From Verrucomicrobiota bacterium (GTDB lineage: Bacteria; Verrucomicrobiota; Verrucomicrobiia; Opitutales; Seribacteraceae): a stretch of DNA of 64,000 bases. A program made the translations under genes and the position numbers. This document shows, in pieces, positions 29,944-39,774 of the stretch. The stretch lies in NCBI GenBank assembly GCA_027622665.1, contig JAQBYT010000003.1:128001-192000 (forward strand), read 5' to 3'. Numbering within the stretch: the stretch's first letter is position 1; every line of letters starts with the position of its first letter. The notes under the pieces were generated by a model that was not told where the DNA came from, did not search any database, and was given only the letters and a program-made list of their open reading frames with translations.

Positions 29944-31401
29944 TTACTTCTTTTTCAGCAAATGCCTGACCTTGTCGTACTCGGGGTTTACGCACTTGGC
30001 TCCCCAGCGCTTGAGGGCGCTCAAGAGACCGATGTCCGACTCTGGCTTTGCTCCCTTGTCGCCGGTTTTCTTGATCCACTGGGACAGGATCTTGCGGTGC
30101 TTGGACAATTCCTTCTTGTACTTGGGATCCTTGGCCAAGTTGTGGATTTCATGGGGATCGTTGGCCAAGTCGTACAGTTCCTCCGGTTCTTTCTTTTCGC
30201 CGAAGAATATGAGTTGCGTCTTGTTCATCTTCCCCTCAGCCATGAGGCGTCGGAACTCTTGGGAAACGGGCCACGAATCCTTGTAACTGGGCTGCATAAA
30301 GGGGCGATCCGTAAGATAGTTGCGGAGGTACTTGTACTTGGGGGTGACCACCGCGCGGATGTGTTCGATGGTGTAGTCGCAGCGGTCGCGGGCAGAGACG
30401 AGATAGGAGCGCGGATTGTGATCCGGCGAGAGGAAGTCCTGTCCTTCCATGTAGTCCGGCACGGGTGCGCCCGAGGCCGCCACGGTGGCGGCGCTGACAT
30501 CTATGTTGCTGACCAGTTCGTCGGTCACTTGCCCACCCTTGATGCCGTGTCCCGCCACGATCAGGGGCATGTGGATGCCGCCCTCGTAGAGGAACTGCTT
30601 GTGGCGGTGCAGCTTGTACCCATGGTCGCTGAAGAGAAAGATCAGGGTGTTTTCGTAATGCCCGTCGCGCTTGAGAGCTGCAATCACTTGGCCGACGTGC
30701 TCGTCCGTCTTGAGCAGGCAGTCGTAGTGGTGGCCGATTTCCTCGCGAACGAGCTCGGTGTCGGGATAGTACGGGGGCACAGGCACCTTGGAACGGTCAA
30801 CGACGTCGGGAGCGCGGCGTCCCAGTTTGCCGCCGCCTAATTGCACTTGGCCGAAGAACGGTTGGTCCTTCGCCTTTCCCTTCCAGCAGTTGCCGGCGAC
30901 CAAGTCGGCGGGGCCCCACCCTCTTTTCTTGGAATGGTGTCGCAGATAATTATAGAGTTTCTTTGAGTCGAAGGTGAAGTTGTAGTCGTCCTTGCCTCCC
31001 TCGTTGAAGGTCCAGTAGCCGGCTGCCCGCATAATTTCCGGTATGGTCTTTATACTGAGTATGTTCTCGTCGAACTTCCCCATGTTCTGGCCACGGAAGC
31101 TCGCGCGGCAACTGCGGTGGTTGTGTGCCCCGATGGAGGTCTGGTACATCCCCGTGACGGTAGCCGATCGCATGGCCGAGCAGACACCGGCGGTGGTGTA
31201 GAAGCGATCGTACTTGATGCCGCTCTTGGCCAAGGCGTCGATATGGGGCGTCTTGATAAAGGTGTCGCCGTAGCAACCGAACCAACCGCTGACGTCCTCC
31301 AGAAAGATCCACAAGACGTTGGGCTTGCCCTTGGCCGAAGCAGTGAAATGAAAGCTCGCCAAAGTCAGAGCAAGGAGCAAACGGCGAAACAAACGATTCA
31401 T
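29944..31401 (-). CDS. Sulfatase (S1 family), motif CSAMR
   Basis: Signal peptide, KPNVLWIFLED, CSAMRSATVTG, PPYYPD, SDHG, ARDRCD; start at MNRL (31401). Confidence 0.93.
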   Translation of the reverse strand: MNRLFRRLLLALTLASFHFTASAKGKPNVLWIFLEDVSGWFGCYGDTFIKTPHIDALAKSGIKYDRFYTTAGVCSAMRSATVTGMYQTSIGAHNHRSCRASFRGQNMGKFDENILSIKTIPEIMRAAGYWTFNEGGKDDYNFTFDSKKLYNYLRHHSKKRGWGPADLVAGNCWKGKAKDQPFFGQVQLGGGKLGRRAPDVVDRSKVPVPPYYPDTELVREEIGHHYDCLLKTDEHVGQVIAALKRDGHYENTLIFLFSDHGYKLHRHKQFLYEGGIHMPLIVAGHGIKGGQVTDELVSNIDVSAATVAASGAPVPDYMEGQDFLSPDHNPRSYLVSARDRCDYTIEHIRAVVTPKYKYLRNYLTDRPFMQPSYKDSWPVSQEFRRLMAEGKMNKTQLIFFGEKKEPEELYDLANDPHEIHNLAKDPKYKKELSKHRKILSQWIKKTGDKGAKPESDIGLLSALKRWGAKCVNPEYDKVRHLLKKK

Positions 31402-31555
31402 TGGGTGATGCGGGTTGAACGGATGAAAGGGAAACCTCGCAGATTCCTTTTTTCGAAACGGCAAGTCAATCCAACCTTTCGCAAAAGGAAGCGCCATCTA
31501 GGAAAAGTTTACTGGACGAATGAGAGGGTCTCAGCATGATAAACGATACTCAGAC

Positions 31556-33478
31556 ATGAAAACATCAAAAATATTGACTCTACTCGCCATAGCCTTGGCA
31601 TCGGCAATCGTAATCTCGGCCGAGGAACGGCCAAACGTTCTCTGGATCACGGCCGAGGACATGAGCCCCACTCTCGGGTGCTACGGTGACAAGGATGCCA
31701 TCACGCCCCACTTGGATGCCTTTGCCAAGCAGAGCGTACGATACACCAAGGCCTACGCCAGCGCCCCGGTCTGCTCGCCCTCCCGTTCCTGCCTCATCAC
31801 GGGATGCTATCCACCATCCCTCAGCACGCAGCAAATGCGCTCCGGATTCCCTATGCCCGAGCGCATGAAAGGCTTTCCCGCCCTCCTGCGAAAGCAAGGC
31901 TACTACACCACAAACAACGTCAAGACGGACTACAACAGCGGCAACTACCAGGACATTATAAAAAGTTCATGGAACGAAAGCAGCGCCACCGCCCATTGGC
32001 GTAAGCGTTCCGACAAGTCTTCCTCCATATTCTCTGTCTTCAACCTGATGACTTCCCACCAAAGCCGCACCATGGTGTGGCCACGCGAAAAATTCCTGAA
32101 GGAAGTGCAAAGTAAGCTGAAGCCATCCGAGATCCACGATCCCGTCAAGATCACCTTGCCGCCGTACTATCCCGACACCCCGATCATTCGGCGCACCGTG
32201 GCCCGTTTCCACGACTGCGTGACCGCGATGGACAAGGAAGTCGGGGCCATTTTGAAGCAACTGGAGGAGGACGGGCTCGCCGACAACACCATCGTGTTCT
32301 TCTATTCCGACCACGGGTCGGGCATGCCGCGCCACAAGCGGGCCTTGCTGGAGAGCGGTATGCGGGTCGCCCTGATGATTCGGTTTCCGAAGAAATGGGA
32401 GCACCTCGCCTCGGGCAAGCCGGGCTCCACCTTGGATCGCTTGGTAGCCTTCGTCGATTTCGCCCCAACCGTGCTCAGCCTCACCGGCACGCCGATTCCC
32501 AAAGAGATGCAGGGTCAATCCTTCCTTGGCTCAAAGGACACCAAACCCCGCAAATACGTCTACGGGCACCGCGACCGGGTGGACGAAGTGCGGGACCTCG
32601 CTCGCTCCGTTAGGGACGATCGCTACCTCTACATCAGGAACTACATGCCGCACCTCGGCTACAACCAGCCCACCGTCTGGCCGGACCGCGGCGAAATACG
32701 CCACGAGTTCTATCGCCTTTCCAGCCCCAGCAAAATGAACGCAGCCCAATGGCACTTCGCCGGCCCCACCCGCGCCGTCGAAGAATTGTTCGATTGCCAA
32801 AACGATCCCCACAACCTGAACAACTTGGCGGGCTCCAAGGAGCACCGGGAAGTTCTCGAGCGCCTCCGCAAGGAACATCGTCGCCACATTCGTCGCACGG
32901 TGGACCTCGGATTCCTGCCTGAAAGCGAGGCTTGGTCTCTCTTCGAAGGTAGCTCGGGTTGGGAGATGGGCCAAGGCGGCAAGGCGCCCGTGGGACCTTC
33001 CCAAAAAGCCGCCGCTCAAGTTGGGATGGCAAAGGAGGAAGTTTTTCTGAAAAACCTTTCTTCCAAGGATCCCAATGTCCGCTACTGGGGAGCCATCGGC
33101 TTAACAGCCCTCAATGACAAACCATCGGGCAAGGCCCTGAAAAAGCTGAAGGCGACCCTCAAGGATACATCGGCAGCGGTTCGCATCGAGGCGGCCAACG
33201 CCCTCGCCACCCACGACGACGTCAAGACCGCCCTCCCCGCCCTAGTAAAGGACTTGGCTCACGAAAACCTCATTGTCGTAACCCATGCCGCCCGCACCAT
33301 AGAATTGCTGGGTAATAAAGCGGCCTCAGTTGCTCCCCAAATGAAAAAAGCACTCGAGCGAGCCGAAATAATACGCCCACCCGACCTCTCCCCAGTTATC
33401 GTCCTCCCGGGCGACAAGGACCTCGCCATGTTCGTAGCCTTCTCCTGCCAAGCCTTCCTCGACGGACTTTCGAAATAG
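31556..33478 (+). CDS. Sulfatase (S1 family) with C-terminal HEAT repeats
   Basis: RPNVLWITAED, CSPSR, KTDYN, SDHG, RDRVDE; VRYWGAIGL and VRIEAANAL repeats; start at MKTS (31556). Confidence 0.94.
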   Translation: MKTSKILTLLAIALASAIVISAEERPNVLWITAEDMSPTLGCYGDKDAITPHLDAFAKQSVRYTKAYASAPVCSPSRSCLITGCYPPSLSTQQMRSGFPMPERMKGFPALLRKQGYYTTNNVKTDYNSGNYQDIIKSSWNESSATAHWRKRSDKSSSIFSVFNLMTSHQSRTMVWPREKFLKEVQSKLKPSEIHDPVKITLPPYYPDTPIIRRTVARFHDCVTAMDKEVGAILKQLEEDGLADNTIVFFYSDHGSGMPRHKRALLESGMRVALMIRFPKKWEHLASGKPGSTLDRLVAFVDFAPTVLSLTGTPIPKEMQGQSFLGSKDTKPRKYVYGHRDRVDEVRDLARSVRDDRYLYIRNYMPHLGYNQPTVWPDRGEIRHEFYRLSSPSKMNAAQWHFAGPTRAVEELFDCQNDPHNLNNLAGSKEHREVLERLRKEHRRHIRRTVDLGFLPESEAWSLFEGSSGWEMGQGGKAPVGPSQKAAAQVGMAKEEVFLKNLSSKDPNVRYWGAIGLTALNDKPSGKALKKLKATLKDTSAAVRIEAANALATHDDVKTALPALVKDLAHENLIVVTHAARTIELLGNKAASVAPQMKKALERAEIIRPPDLSPVIVLPGDKDLAMFVAFSCQAFLDGLSK

Positions 33479-33484
33479 CAACCT

Positions 33485-33649
33485 CTACTTAAGTTCGAGA
33501 AATCTTTTTCGCTCCTCCTCGACGATGGGATGATAGGGAGCGGCCTTTTCGAGTTGAGTGAAGGCGGCAAGAGCCTCCGGACGACAACGAAGCTCTTTGT
33601 TGAGCACCCCAATGTGGTATCGATGGGCGGGAAAATGGTGAGCAGGCAC
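33485..33649 (-). pseudogene. Possible C-terminal remnant of a TPR protein
   Basis: Hand translation VPAHHFPAHRYHIGVLNKELRCRPEALAAFTQLEKAAPYHPIVEEERKRFLELK* resembles one TPR unit; upstream frame closed. Confidence 0.3.
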
Positions 33650-33758
33650 GCAAAGAACAGCAGAATGTTATTCTGAGCGGGAGACAGGTAGTCGACAAGC
33701 GACCCCTCCTCCGACAAAGGTCTTGGCGTTTTTTTTCTCCTGCAAGACGAAGCTTACG

Positions 33759-34445
33759 TTACTTAGCCTTATGAATTAGCTCAACTGCTTTCTCGGCGAA
33801 TCGCTTGCCCAGTTCGACATAGCCTTCTTTGGTATAATGAAGGCCATCCTTGGGGCCGTTTAGATCATCGGTATCGACCCATGCGCCACGAGGGTTTTTC
33901 TCCGCCACGTCGACTTGAGCCTTGCGCACTTCCATCCAATGGGAGTTGCCGGGCTTCTTGTTCATGCAGTCGCTGAGCCTACCGATGACAAAATTCACGT
34001 CATTCCGACCTAGATCGCCGCTCAATTGTTTGACGAGACCCGCGAAGCTTTTCTCGTAGACTTCGCCATGGCGTTCCTTGGCATCACGTTCGCCCTGCAT
34101 CCAGACGAAGGTCACGGTATCGTACTTCTTCTCGCCCACGCCTTCCTCGACCACCTCCATGAGCTTGTCGTAAAGCAATCCGTCGGCTTTCGGGGTGTCC
34201 CCTTTGGCAGGTTTCCAATCCTTGTACCAACGGCGAATAGGTTGACCGCCTTGGGCGCTCTTGACCACGATGACATCGTCGGGAGCAAGCAGTTTTTTGA
34301 CCGTGGGCGTGAAAGACAAGGCAGGATTGAGCCCGGCCATGTTGGATTGCCCCGAAAGGATCAAAAGGTGCGTCTTTCCCCATCCGGAAAAAGAGAACAG
34401 GAAAGGAAGGAAATATAGGAGAATGCGTTTCGTTTTCATGGTCAT
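33759..34445 (-). CDS. SGNH carbohydrate acetylesterase (sialate O-acetylesterase / CE6-like)
   Basis: Signal peptide, GQSNM, WMQGE, DGLH. Confidence 0.9.
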   Translation of the reverse strand: MTMKTKRILLYFLPFLFSFSGWGKTHLLILSGQSNMAGLNPALSFTPTVKKLLAPDDVIVVKSAQGGQPIRRWYKDWKPAKGDTPKADGLLYDKLMEVVEEGVGEKKYDTVTFVWMQGERDAKERHGEVYEKSFAGLVKQLSGDLGRNDVNFVIGRLSDCMNKKPGNSHWMEVRKAQVDVAEKNPRGAWVDTDDLNGPKDGLHYTKEGYVELGKRFAEKAVELIHKAK

Positions 34446-34479
34446 TGCTTATGGGTATCGATAGAAACTCGTCGAGATA

Positions 34480-35590
34480 TAAATACGAGCATTGCTACAG
34501 CATGCCCGTGTGCCACCCCTCCAGAATAGCCCTTATGACGGGACGCTACCCGCTTCGCTTTAAGGCCGGTTGGGAATCGTTTCCAAAAAACGAAGAAAAG
34601 CATTCAATAGGTCAGGTCATGAAGGACGCAGGTTGCGCCACGGCGGTAGCGGGAAAATGGCAAATGACGCTCCTGAAGAAAGATCTCGAACAACCGTATC
34701 GAATGGATTTCGACCAATGGAGCGTATTCGGATGGCACGAAGGTGCCCGCTACCACAGTCCGATGATTTACCAAAACGGCAAGGTGCGCGAAGGCTTGGA
34801 AGGAGAGTATGGTCCCGACCTCTACGTCAAGTTCCTCTCAGATTTCATGAACGCAGTCAAAAAGTAGGCAAAGCCTTCTTCGCCTACTACTCCATGGCTC
34901 TGGCCCACGACGTTACCGACGACCTGAAGTGGCAAGTTCCTTACGCTACCGGCAAGGATCGATGGATGAATTACGGGAAAATGATTACTTCGATGGATAA
35001 AATGGCGGGCAAGCTATTGGCGACTCTGGACAGATTAAAACTCAGAAAAAACACCCTTGTTTTGTTCACGGGCGACAACGGCACTGCGGGACGTTCCAAG
35101 TTGAGGCATTTCGGCAAATCAGGAAAGAAATACGAATACGAAAAAGTCGTCGTACGCCAAAACGGAAGGAATGTCCCCGGAGGAAAGGGACTACTTAATG
35201 ATCGCGGCACACATGTTCGGTTGATTGAAAACTGGCCGAAGAGTATAGCTCCCGGTTCGGTAAGCGAAGACCTTGTGGGTTTCAGCGACTGGCTCCCCAC
35301 TGTAGCGGAAATAGGACGGGCAAAACTCCCTAAAGAGGTGAAGTTTGATGGACAAAGCTTCGGCTCAAGTTTTCGTGGAAAGAATGAATCCGCACGCACC
35401 TTTGCTTTTTCCGAGTCCAAGGGAGGGAAAGCCTTTGTTCGAGATCAACGATACAAACTCTACGCCAACGAAAAATTCTACGACCTATCCATCGATCCGA
35501 AAGAAAGAAAACCTCTAGCAAAAGGGAAAGTAACGGAAACTCGAAAGCGTCTTGAGACCACCATTAGGGAAATAGGATATGGAAAATGTG
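34480..35590 (+). pseudogene. Sulfatase pseudogene (5' truncated, frameshifted)
   Basis: YEHCYSMPVCHPSR...AGKWQ...YGPD in one frame; FFAYYSMALAHD...GDNGT...GGKG in another; apparent 1-nt deletion near 34850; no signal peptide or N-terminal DD motif; reading frame runs into the opposite gene. Confidence 0.85.
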
Positions 35591-35619
35591 ATGGCGAGGG
35601 AGAACCCCCTGAAACCGTC

Positions 35620-37158
35620 TCAGTATTCGATAACCCAGCAGCGTCCTTGCGAGAAATGCTCGGCCTCGTCGGCCGTAATCCAACGTTCTTGATAGCGTTC
35701 ACCCCATGAATCAGTGAAAGCGATTTCCTCGGTTTCGTTATTATAACCGTGGATAATGCAGATGTGATTGCTGTCGTCCGAACTGGGTTTAGTAAAGTTT
35801 CCGGCTTCCTTTACCGCCTTGTTCATAAGGCTTTTCCATTCGCGAGCATCCATTCCTTTTCGGTCAGCTGTCCGCTCGTTGGCTATACGATTGAAGGTTT
35901 TTGTGGAGTGAAGGCCCCAAAGGATAGGCACACCGGAATCGATGGAACGAGCCAGCTGCTTAAAAGACGGATGTCCTCGCAAGGGCTTGAAGTTTCGACC
36001 GGCCGAAACGACTTCCTGCTGAACCGCTTGGACTAGGGTTGGGGTATGGGTTCCACCGCCCAGTCCAGTATTGCCTGCCATGGCGAGTAAGTACATGTCG
36101 GCCGGGATCGCCATATAGCGCATACATCGCTCGAAAGTAGCCGGCACGCAGTAACCCTTGGGACCTTGGTCAACCATGGGAAGATTTTTGATAACAACAT
36201 CTCCATTAGGTCGGCGATCAACGTTTTCTCGATGAATGCGTCGGATGTACATATCGGCCGTCTTTCGCGTTTTCCCTCTGGCTTCTGCAGAAGCAACGGT
36301 TTCAACCGAGAGGCTGACGAACTCCCCATCCATTACCGAGAGCAAAAAGCTGTGCCCGTTCCAGTCCCATCTAGAAACCTTTCGCTTGGCGGAACCTTGA
36401 CCGAAATTCTGTCGACGAGGTTTTCCTAAAATATTTTCGAAAAGCTCGGCCACTACATTGGCGTCGCGTTCCATCCATTTTTCCAGTTGTCGCGGATCCT
36501 TGGTTACCCTTCCGTCCTTAAAATGCTCCTCCGCCGCCCCGGCCGCAGCGAAACAATCACCCTTGTTGGCAAATACCAGAGAAAGCCCGGTCACCTTATC
36601 CGCATCACCATAAAGCGCGGCGGAATAAGGACGAGCACCGACAAAACGATAGTTTGATGGAGGGTACAGTCGATAACTGGTCTGACGGGCGGTAATCGAT
36701 TCACGCGGCCACCGCAAACGGGTTCCGGCGGCGACCGGATCATCATCCCAGAGCGAACCGTCAGCGAACAAGGGCTCCCCGATGATTTCATTTAAAGCTC
36801 GAAAGTCTTTCTGCGAGGATCCCGGCGATCCAGTTGGGGGGGAAGGAACGCCTGACTCCTGGACCGAGGGAGACTCAGGTGCAATCGGAGCCGGGCGAGG
36901 CAAGGAGAGAAGCCTTTGTCGCTCGCGCAAAAGGTAGGCACGGCTATTTAAATCAAATAAATTCAAAGGGGACTTGAACCGAACCCCGTCCTCTCGTCGC
37001 AAAATAACGTGATCGGGTTCCACCTTCTCGACCACGGCTCGAATCGAAACGCCTTGCAAACTGCTAAGGGTCACAAATTCTTGAGCGTTCAAACAAGAAA
37101 GGCCCGCGACAGAGTAAACGAGCAAGCAGAAAGCAAAAACTCGATTAAAGATAAACAT
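35620..37158 (-). CDS. Secreted protein with N-terminal SHD1-like domain and C-terminal papain-fold (C39-like) peptidase
   Basis: Signal peptide; VILRREDGVRFKSPLNLF (SHD1-like); Pro-rich linker; DQGPKGYCVPAT...HICIIHGY...FTDSWG (Q-C-H-D). Start assumed at MFIF (37158). Confidence 0.75.
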   Translation of the reverse strand: MFIFNRVFAFCLLVYSVAGLSCLNAQEFVTLSSLQGVSIRAVVEKVEPDHVILRREDGVRFKSPLNLFDLNSRAYLLRERQRLLSLPRPAPIAPESPSVQESGVPSPPTGSPGSSQKDFRALNEIIGEPLFADGSLWDDDPVAAGTRLRWPRESITARQTSYRLYPPSNYRFVGARPYSAALYGDADKVTGLSLVFANKGDCFAAAGAAEEHFKDGRVTKDPRQLEKWMERDANVVAELFENILGKPRRQNFGQGSAKRKVSRWDWNGHSFLLSVMDGEFVSLSVETVASAEARGKTRKTADMYIRRIHRENVDRRPNGDVVIKNLPMVDQGPKGYCVPATFERCMRYMAIPADMYLLAMAGNTGLGGGTHTPTLVQAVQQEVVSAGRNFKPLRGHPSFKQLARSIDSGVPILWGLHSTKTFNRIANERTADRKGMDAREWKSLMNKAVKEAGNFTKPSSDDSNHICIIHGYNNETEEIAFTDSWGERYQERWITADEAEHFSQGRCWVIEY

Positions 37159-37283
37159 GGCTTCGATACTTGCCGAAATAACACTCCGCATGCAAACCTT
37201 ATGGAAAAGGGTCAGTTGCAGGAATGACAACTTGCATAAAAAGGGATTGCAGACCTGCAAAAAGTGCTTCTAAATGAAAAGAT

Positions 37284-37682
37284 ATGAATGTTCAACGCCC
37301 AACGCTACCCTCTTTACTAACATGGGCAATAGTTGTCGCTGCCCTATTCATGACTGCCTGCTCGAACACGGGAATGAACCCTTTTGCCTCGGGAGAAGAT
37401 CAGGTCAACGAGAACATCAAGAACCTAATGGGTCTGCAACCCGGCATGACCAAAGGACAGGTTTTTAAGCTAGCAGGTGTAGCCAATTACATAGAAGGCG
37501 AGAGCTGGGGGAGTGTTTGGTTTTACAAGTACCGCCCCGGAGGAGACGAAGGAACCCTTGCCGATAGTAATGTGGAAAAAAACTACATGCCAGTTGTTTT
37601 TGACTCAAGTGATCGCTTGATTGGATATGGGTATGAATTCTACAAGAACACCATGGATCAACTTGGTTCGGGACCATATTGA
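37284..37682 (+). CDS. Lipoprotein, DUF3192/BamE-like
   Basis: Lipobox MTAC; LQPGMTKGQV...VWFY...PVVFD...LIGYG. Confidence 0.72.
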   Translation: MNVQRPTLPSLLTWAIVVAALFMTACSNTGMNPFASGEDQVNENIKNLMGLQPGMTKGQVFKLAGVANYIEGESWGSVWFYKYRPGGDEGTLADSNVEKNYMPVVFDSSDRLIGYGYEFYKNTMDQLGSGPY

Positions 37683-37720
37683 TCACAGAAGTGGAGATCG
37701 AAGTATTAGGTAAAACGGAA

Positions 37721-37748
37721 TTGACGAGACGAGAAGAGAACATAATAT
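37721..37748 (+). promoter_or_regulatory. Candidate promoter of rplM-rpsI
   Basis: TTGACG-N16-TAATAT upstream of rplM. Confidence 0.45.
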
Positions 37749-37776
37749 AGATTGTTTTTCCCTATTCTTCCTTACC

Positions 37777-38208
37777 ATGAAAACAACCTTGGCTAAGGTC
37801 GGTGCAGAAACCGACCGAAACTGGCGAATCGTAGATGCTTCTGACCAAATACTTGGACGGCTTGCCGTAAAGGTGGCAAATGTATTGCGAGGTCGCGACA
37901 AACCGATATTCACTCCACACATTGATGCAGGAGACTATGTCATCGTTGTAAACGCTGAAAAAGTAAAGCTTTCGGGAAAGAAGGAAGAGCAGAAGCAATA
38001 TATGTTTTACAGCGGTTACATGGGTGGGGAGAAATACCGTAATGTTGCTGACTTCAGGAAAAAACGACCCGAGTTTCTCATCATGAATGCGGTCAAAGGA
38101 ATGTTGCCCAAAAACAAACTTTCTAGCCAATTACTTACAAAACTTCGAATTTACGCTGGTCCTGAGCATCCTCACGAAGCTCAGTCACCACAACCCTTGA
38201 ATATTTAG
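37777..38208 (+). CDS. rplM: 50S ribosomal protein L13
   Basis: LGRLA, FTPHIDAGDYVIVVNAEK, AVKGMLPKN, HPHEAQ. Confidence 0.99.
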   Translation: MKTTLAKVGAETDRNWRIVDASDQILGRLAVKVANVLRGRDKPIFTPHIDAGDYVIVVNAEKVKLSGKKEEQKQYMFYSGYMGGEKYRNVADFRKKRPEFLIMNAVKGMLPKNKLSSQLLTKLRIYAGPEHPHEAQSPQPLNI

Positions 38209-38231
38209 CAAAAGCCACCTCGATAGATTAA

Positions 38232-38636
38232 ATGAGCCCTAAGAAAAAAGAAGATACACACATTGCCACAGGTCGCCGTAAGACTAGCACGGCTCGAATC
38301 CGCCTTATTGCGGGGGCAGGAAGCTTCACCGTAAACGGACGAGAAGTAAACGAATACTTTCCCACGTCCCAGTTGCGCAAGACCGTCGCCGGACCTCTCG
38401 CAGAGGTTGAAATGTCCGATAGCATAGACTTAATCGTAAACGTTAGCGGGGGCGGTTGCTCCGGACAAGCCGGGGCAGTTCGACATGGCATCGCAAGAGC
38501 ACTTGAGAAAATGGATCCCGAGTTAAGGAAGACCCTCAAGAAAGCTGGACACCTCCGGAGAGATCCTCGCAAAAAAGAGCGAAAGAAACCCGGACAACCC
38601 GGAGCACGAAAACGTTTCCAATTCTCCAAGCGTTAA
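38232..38636 (+). CDS. rpsI: 30S ribosomal protein S9
   Basis: TGRRK, GGGCSGQAGA, ERKKPG...FQFSKR. Confidence 0.99.
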   Translation: MSPKKKEDTHIATGRRKTSTARIRLIAGAGSFTVNGREVNEYFPTSQLRKTVAGPLAEVEMSDSIDLIVNVSGGGCSGQAGAVRHGIARALEKMDPELRKTLKKAGHLRRDPRKKERKKPGQPGARKRFQFSKR

Positions 38637-38659
38637 ACGCTTTTATAGAAAACAATTTC

Positions 38660-38699
38660 AACCCTCCGGATAAAAATCCGGAGGGTTTTTGTTTTTTTT
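38660..38699 (+). terminator. Rho-independent terminator after rpsI
   Basis: Perfect 12-bp stem AACCCTCCGGAT-AAAA-ATCCGGAGGGTT followed by a T tract. Confidence 0.9.
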
Positions 38700-38702
38700 A
38701 TT

Positions 38703-38732
38703 TTGCCACCTTTGACTAACAAGTCATAAACT
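38703..38732 (+). promoter_or_regulatory. Candidate argC promoter with embedded ARG-box-like palindrome
   Basis: TTGCCA-N18-TAAACT; the spacer contains TGACT-AACA-AGTCA (38713-38726). Confidence 0.45.
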
Positions 38733-38745
38733 TTTACTTTTGCCC

Positions 38746-39774
38746 ATGAACGCCTGCATTATAGGAGCATCCGGATATTCCGGTCGAGAACTGGTAAGCC
38801 TTCTGGCTGTACATCCGAACATATGTCTTTCGGCTGTCACCTCCAGAAGCTTGGCGGGATCCCCGGTGGAAGTTGCTCTGCCTAGGATGCGAGGGAAGGC
38901 CCCACACCTGTCTTTTTCCTCGCCCGATCCCGACGAACTTGCCCAACGCGATGATCTGGACATTTTCTTTTTGGCACTACCGCACGGCACGGCTGCCGAA
39001 TACGCGAGTCCGTTGGTGGAGGCGGGCAAACGCGTAATCGACTTGAGTGCAGACTTTCGACTTTCTTGTCCAAAACTTTACGAGGAATTCTACGGTATCC
39101 CCCACCCTGCCCCGGAACTTTTGAAGAAAGCCATGTATGGACTTCCCGAGCTCCACGAACTAACTTGGGAAAAGAGCAAGCTCATAGCTTCACCGGGTTG
39201 CTACCCCACCAGCATTCTAGTCCCATTGGTCCCTTTGCTCGAAGCAGGATTAGTGGAAGCAGAAGGGATTGTCATCAACAGCTTCAGCGGAGTTAGCGGA
39301 GCAGGTCGACAAGCATCGGAAAAACTCTTGTACTGCGAAAGAAACGAAAGTGCAGCAGCTTACGGTCTGCCAAAACATCGTCACCTTGCTGAAATCGAAG
39401 AGCAGCTCGGCATAGCCTGCGGCGAGGAAGTAGTAGTCTCCTTCCATCCACATCTCGCACCTATGAATCGGGGAATCGCCACCACCATCTCAGTGCCTGC
39501 AAAGGGTAAACTAGACACCCCATTAATCGAGAATTGTTGGCAACAAAAGTATGCCGGCAGGCCTTTCACTCAAATCCTGCCCAGTGGCGAGTTCCCCGAC
39601 GTTGCCCACGTCAACGGCACCAACCGAATCGATTTCTCCGCGGTGGCAGACGGACGGACTGGGCGCTATATTCTTACTTCCGCCGAAGACAACCTGCTCA
39701 AGGGCGCCGGCGGACAAGCCGTACAAGCGATGAACGTTTGCTCGGGCTTCGAAGAAACTGCTGGGCTGCCATGA
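38746..39774 (+). CDS. argC: N-acetyl-gamma-glutamyl-phosphate reductase
   Basis: GASGYSG, LALPHG, IDLSADFRL, PGCYPT, SGVSGAG, DNLLKGAGGQA. Confidence 0.98.
   Translation: MNACIIGASGYSGRELVSLLAVHPNICLSAVTSRSLAGSPVEVALPRMRGKAPHLSFSSPDPDELAQRDDLDIFFLALPHGTAAEYASPLVEAGKRVIDLSADFRLSCPKLYEEFYGIPHPAPELLKKAMYGLPELHELTWEKSKLIASPGCYPTSILVPLVPLLEAGLVEAEGIVINSFSGVSGAGRQASEKLLYCERNESAAAYGLPKHRHLAEIEEQLGIACGEEVVVSFHPHLAPMNRGIATTISVPAKGKLDTPLIENCWQQKYAGRPFTQILPSGEFPDVAHVNGTNRIDFSAVADGRTGRYILTSAEDNLLKGAGGQAVQAMNVCSGFEETAGLP

Noticed and set aside
37762..38130. Antisense ORF over rplM
   Set aside because: Shadow of a ribosomal protein gene
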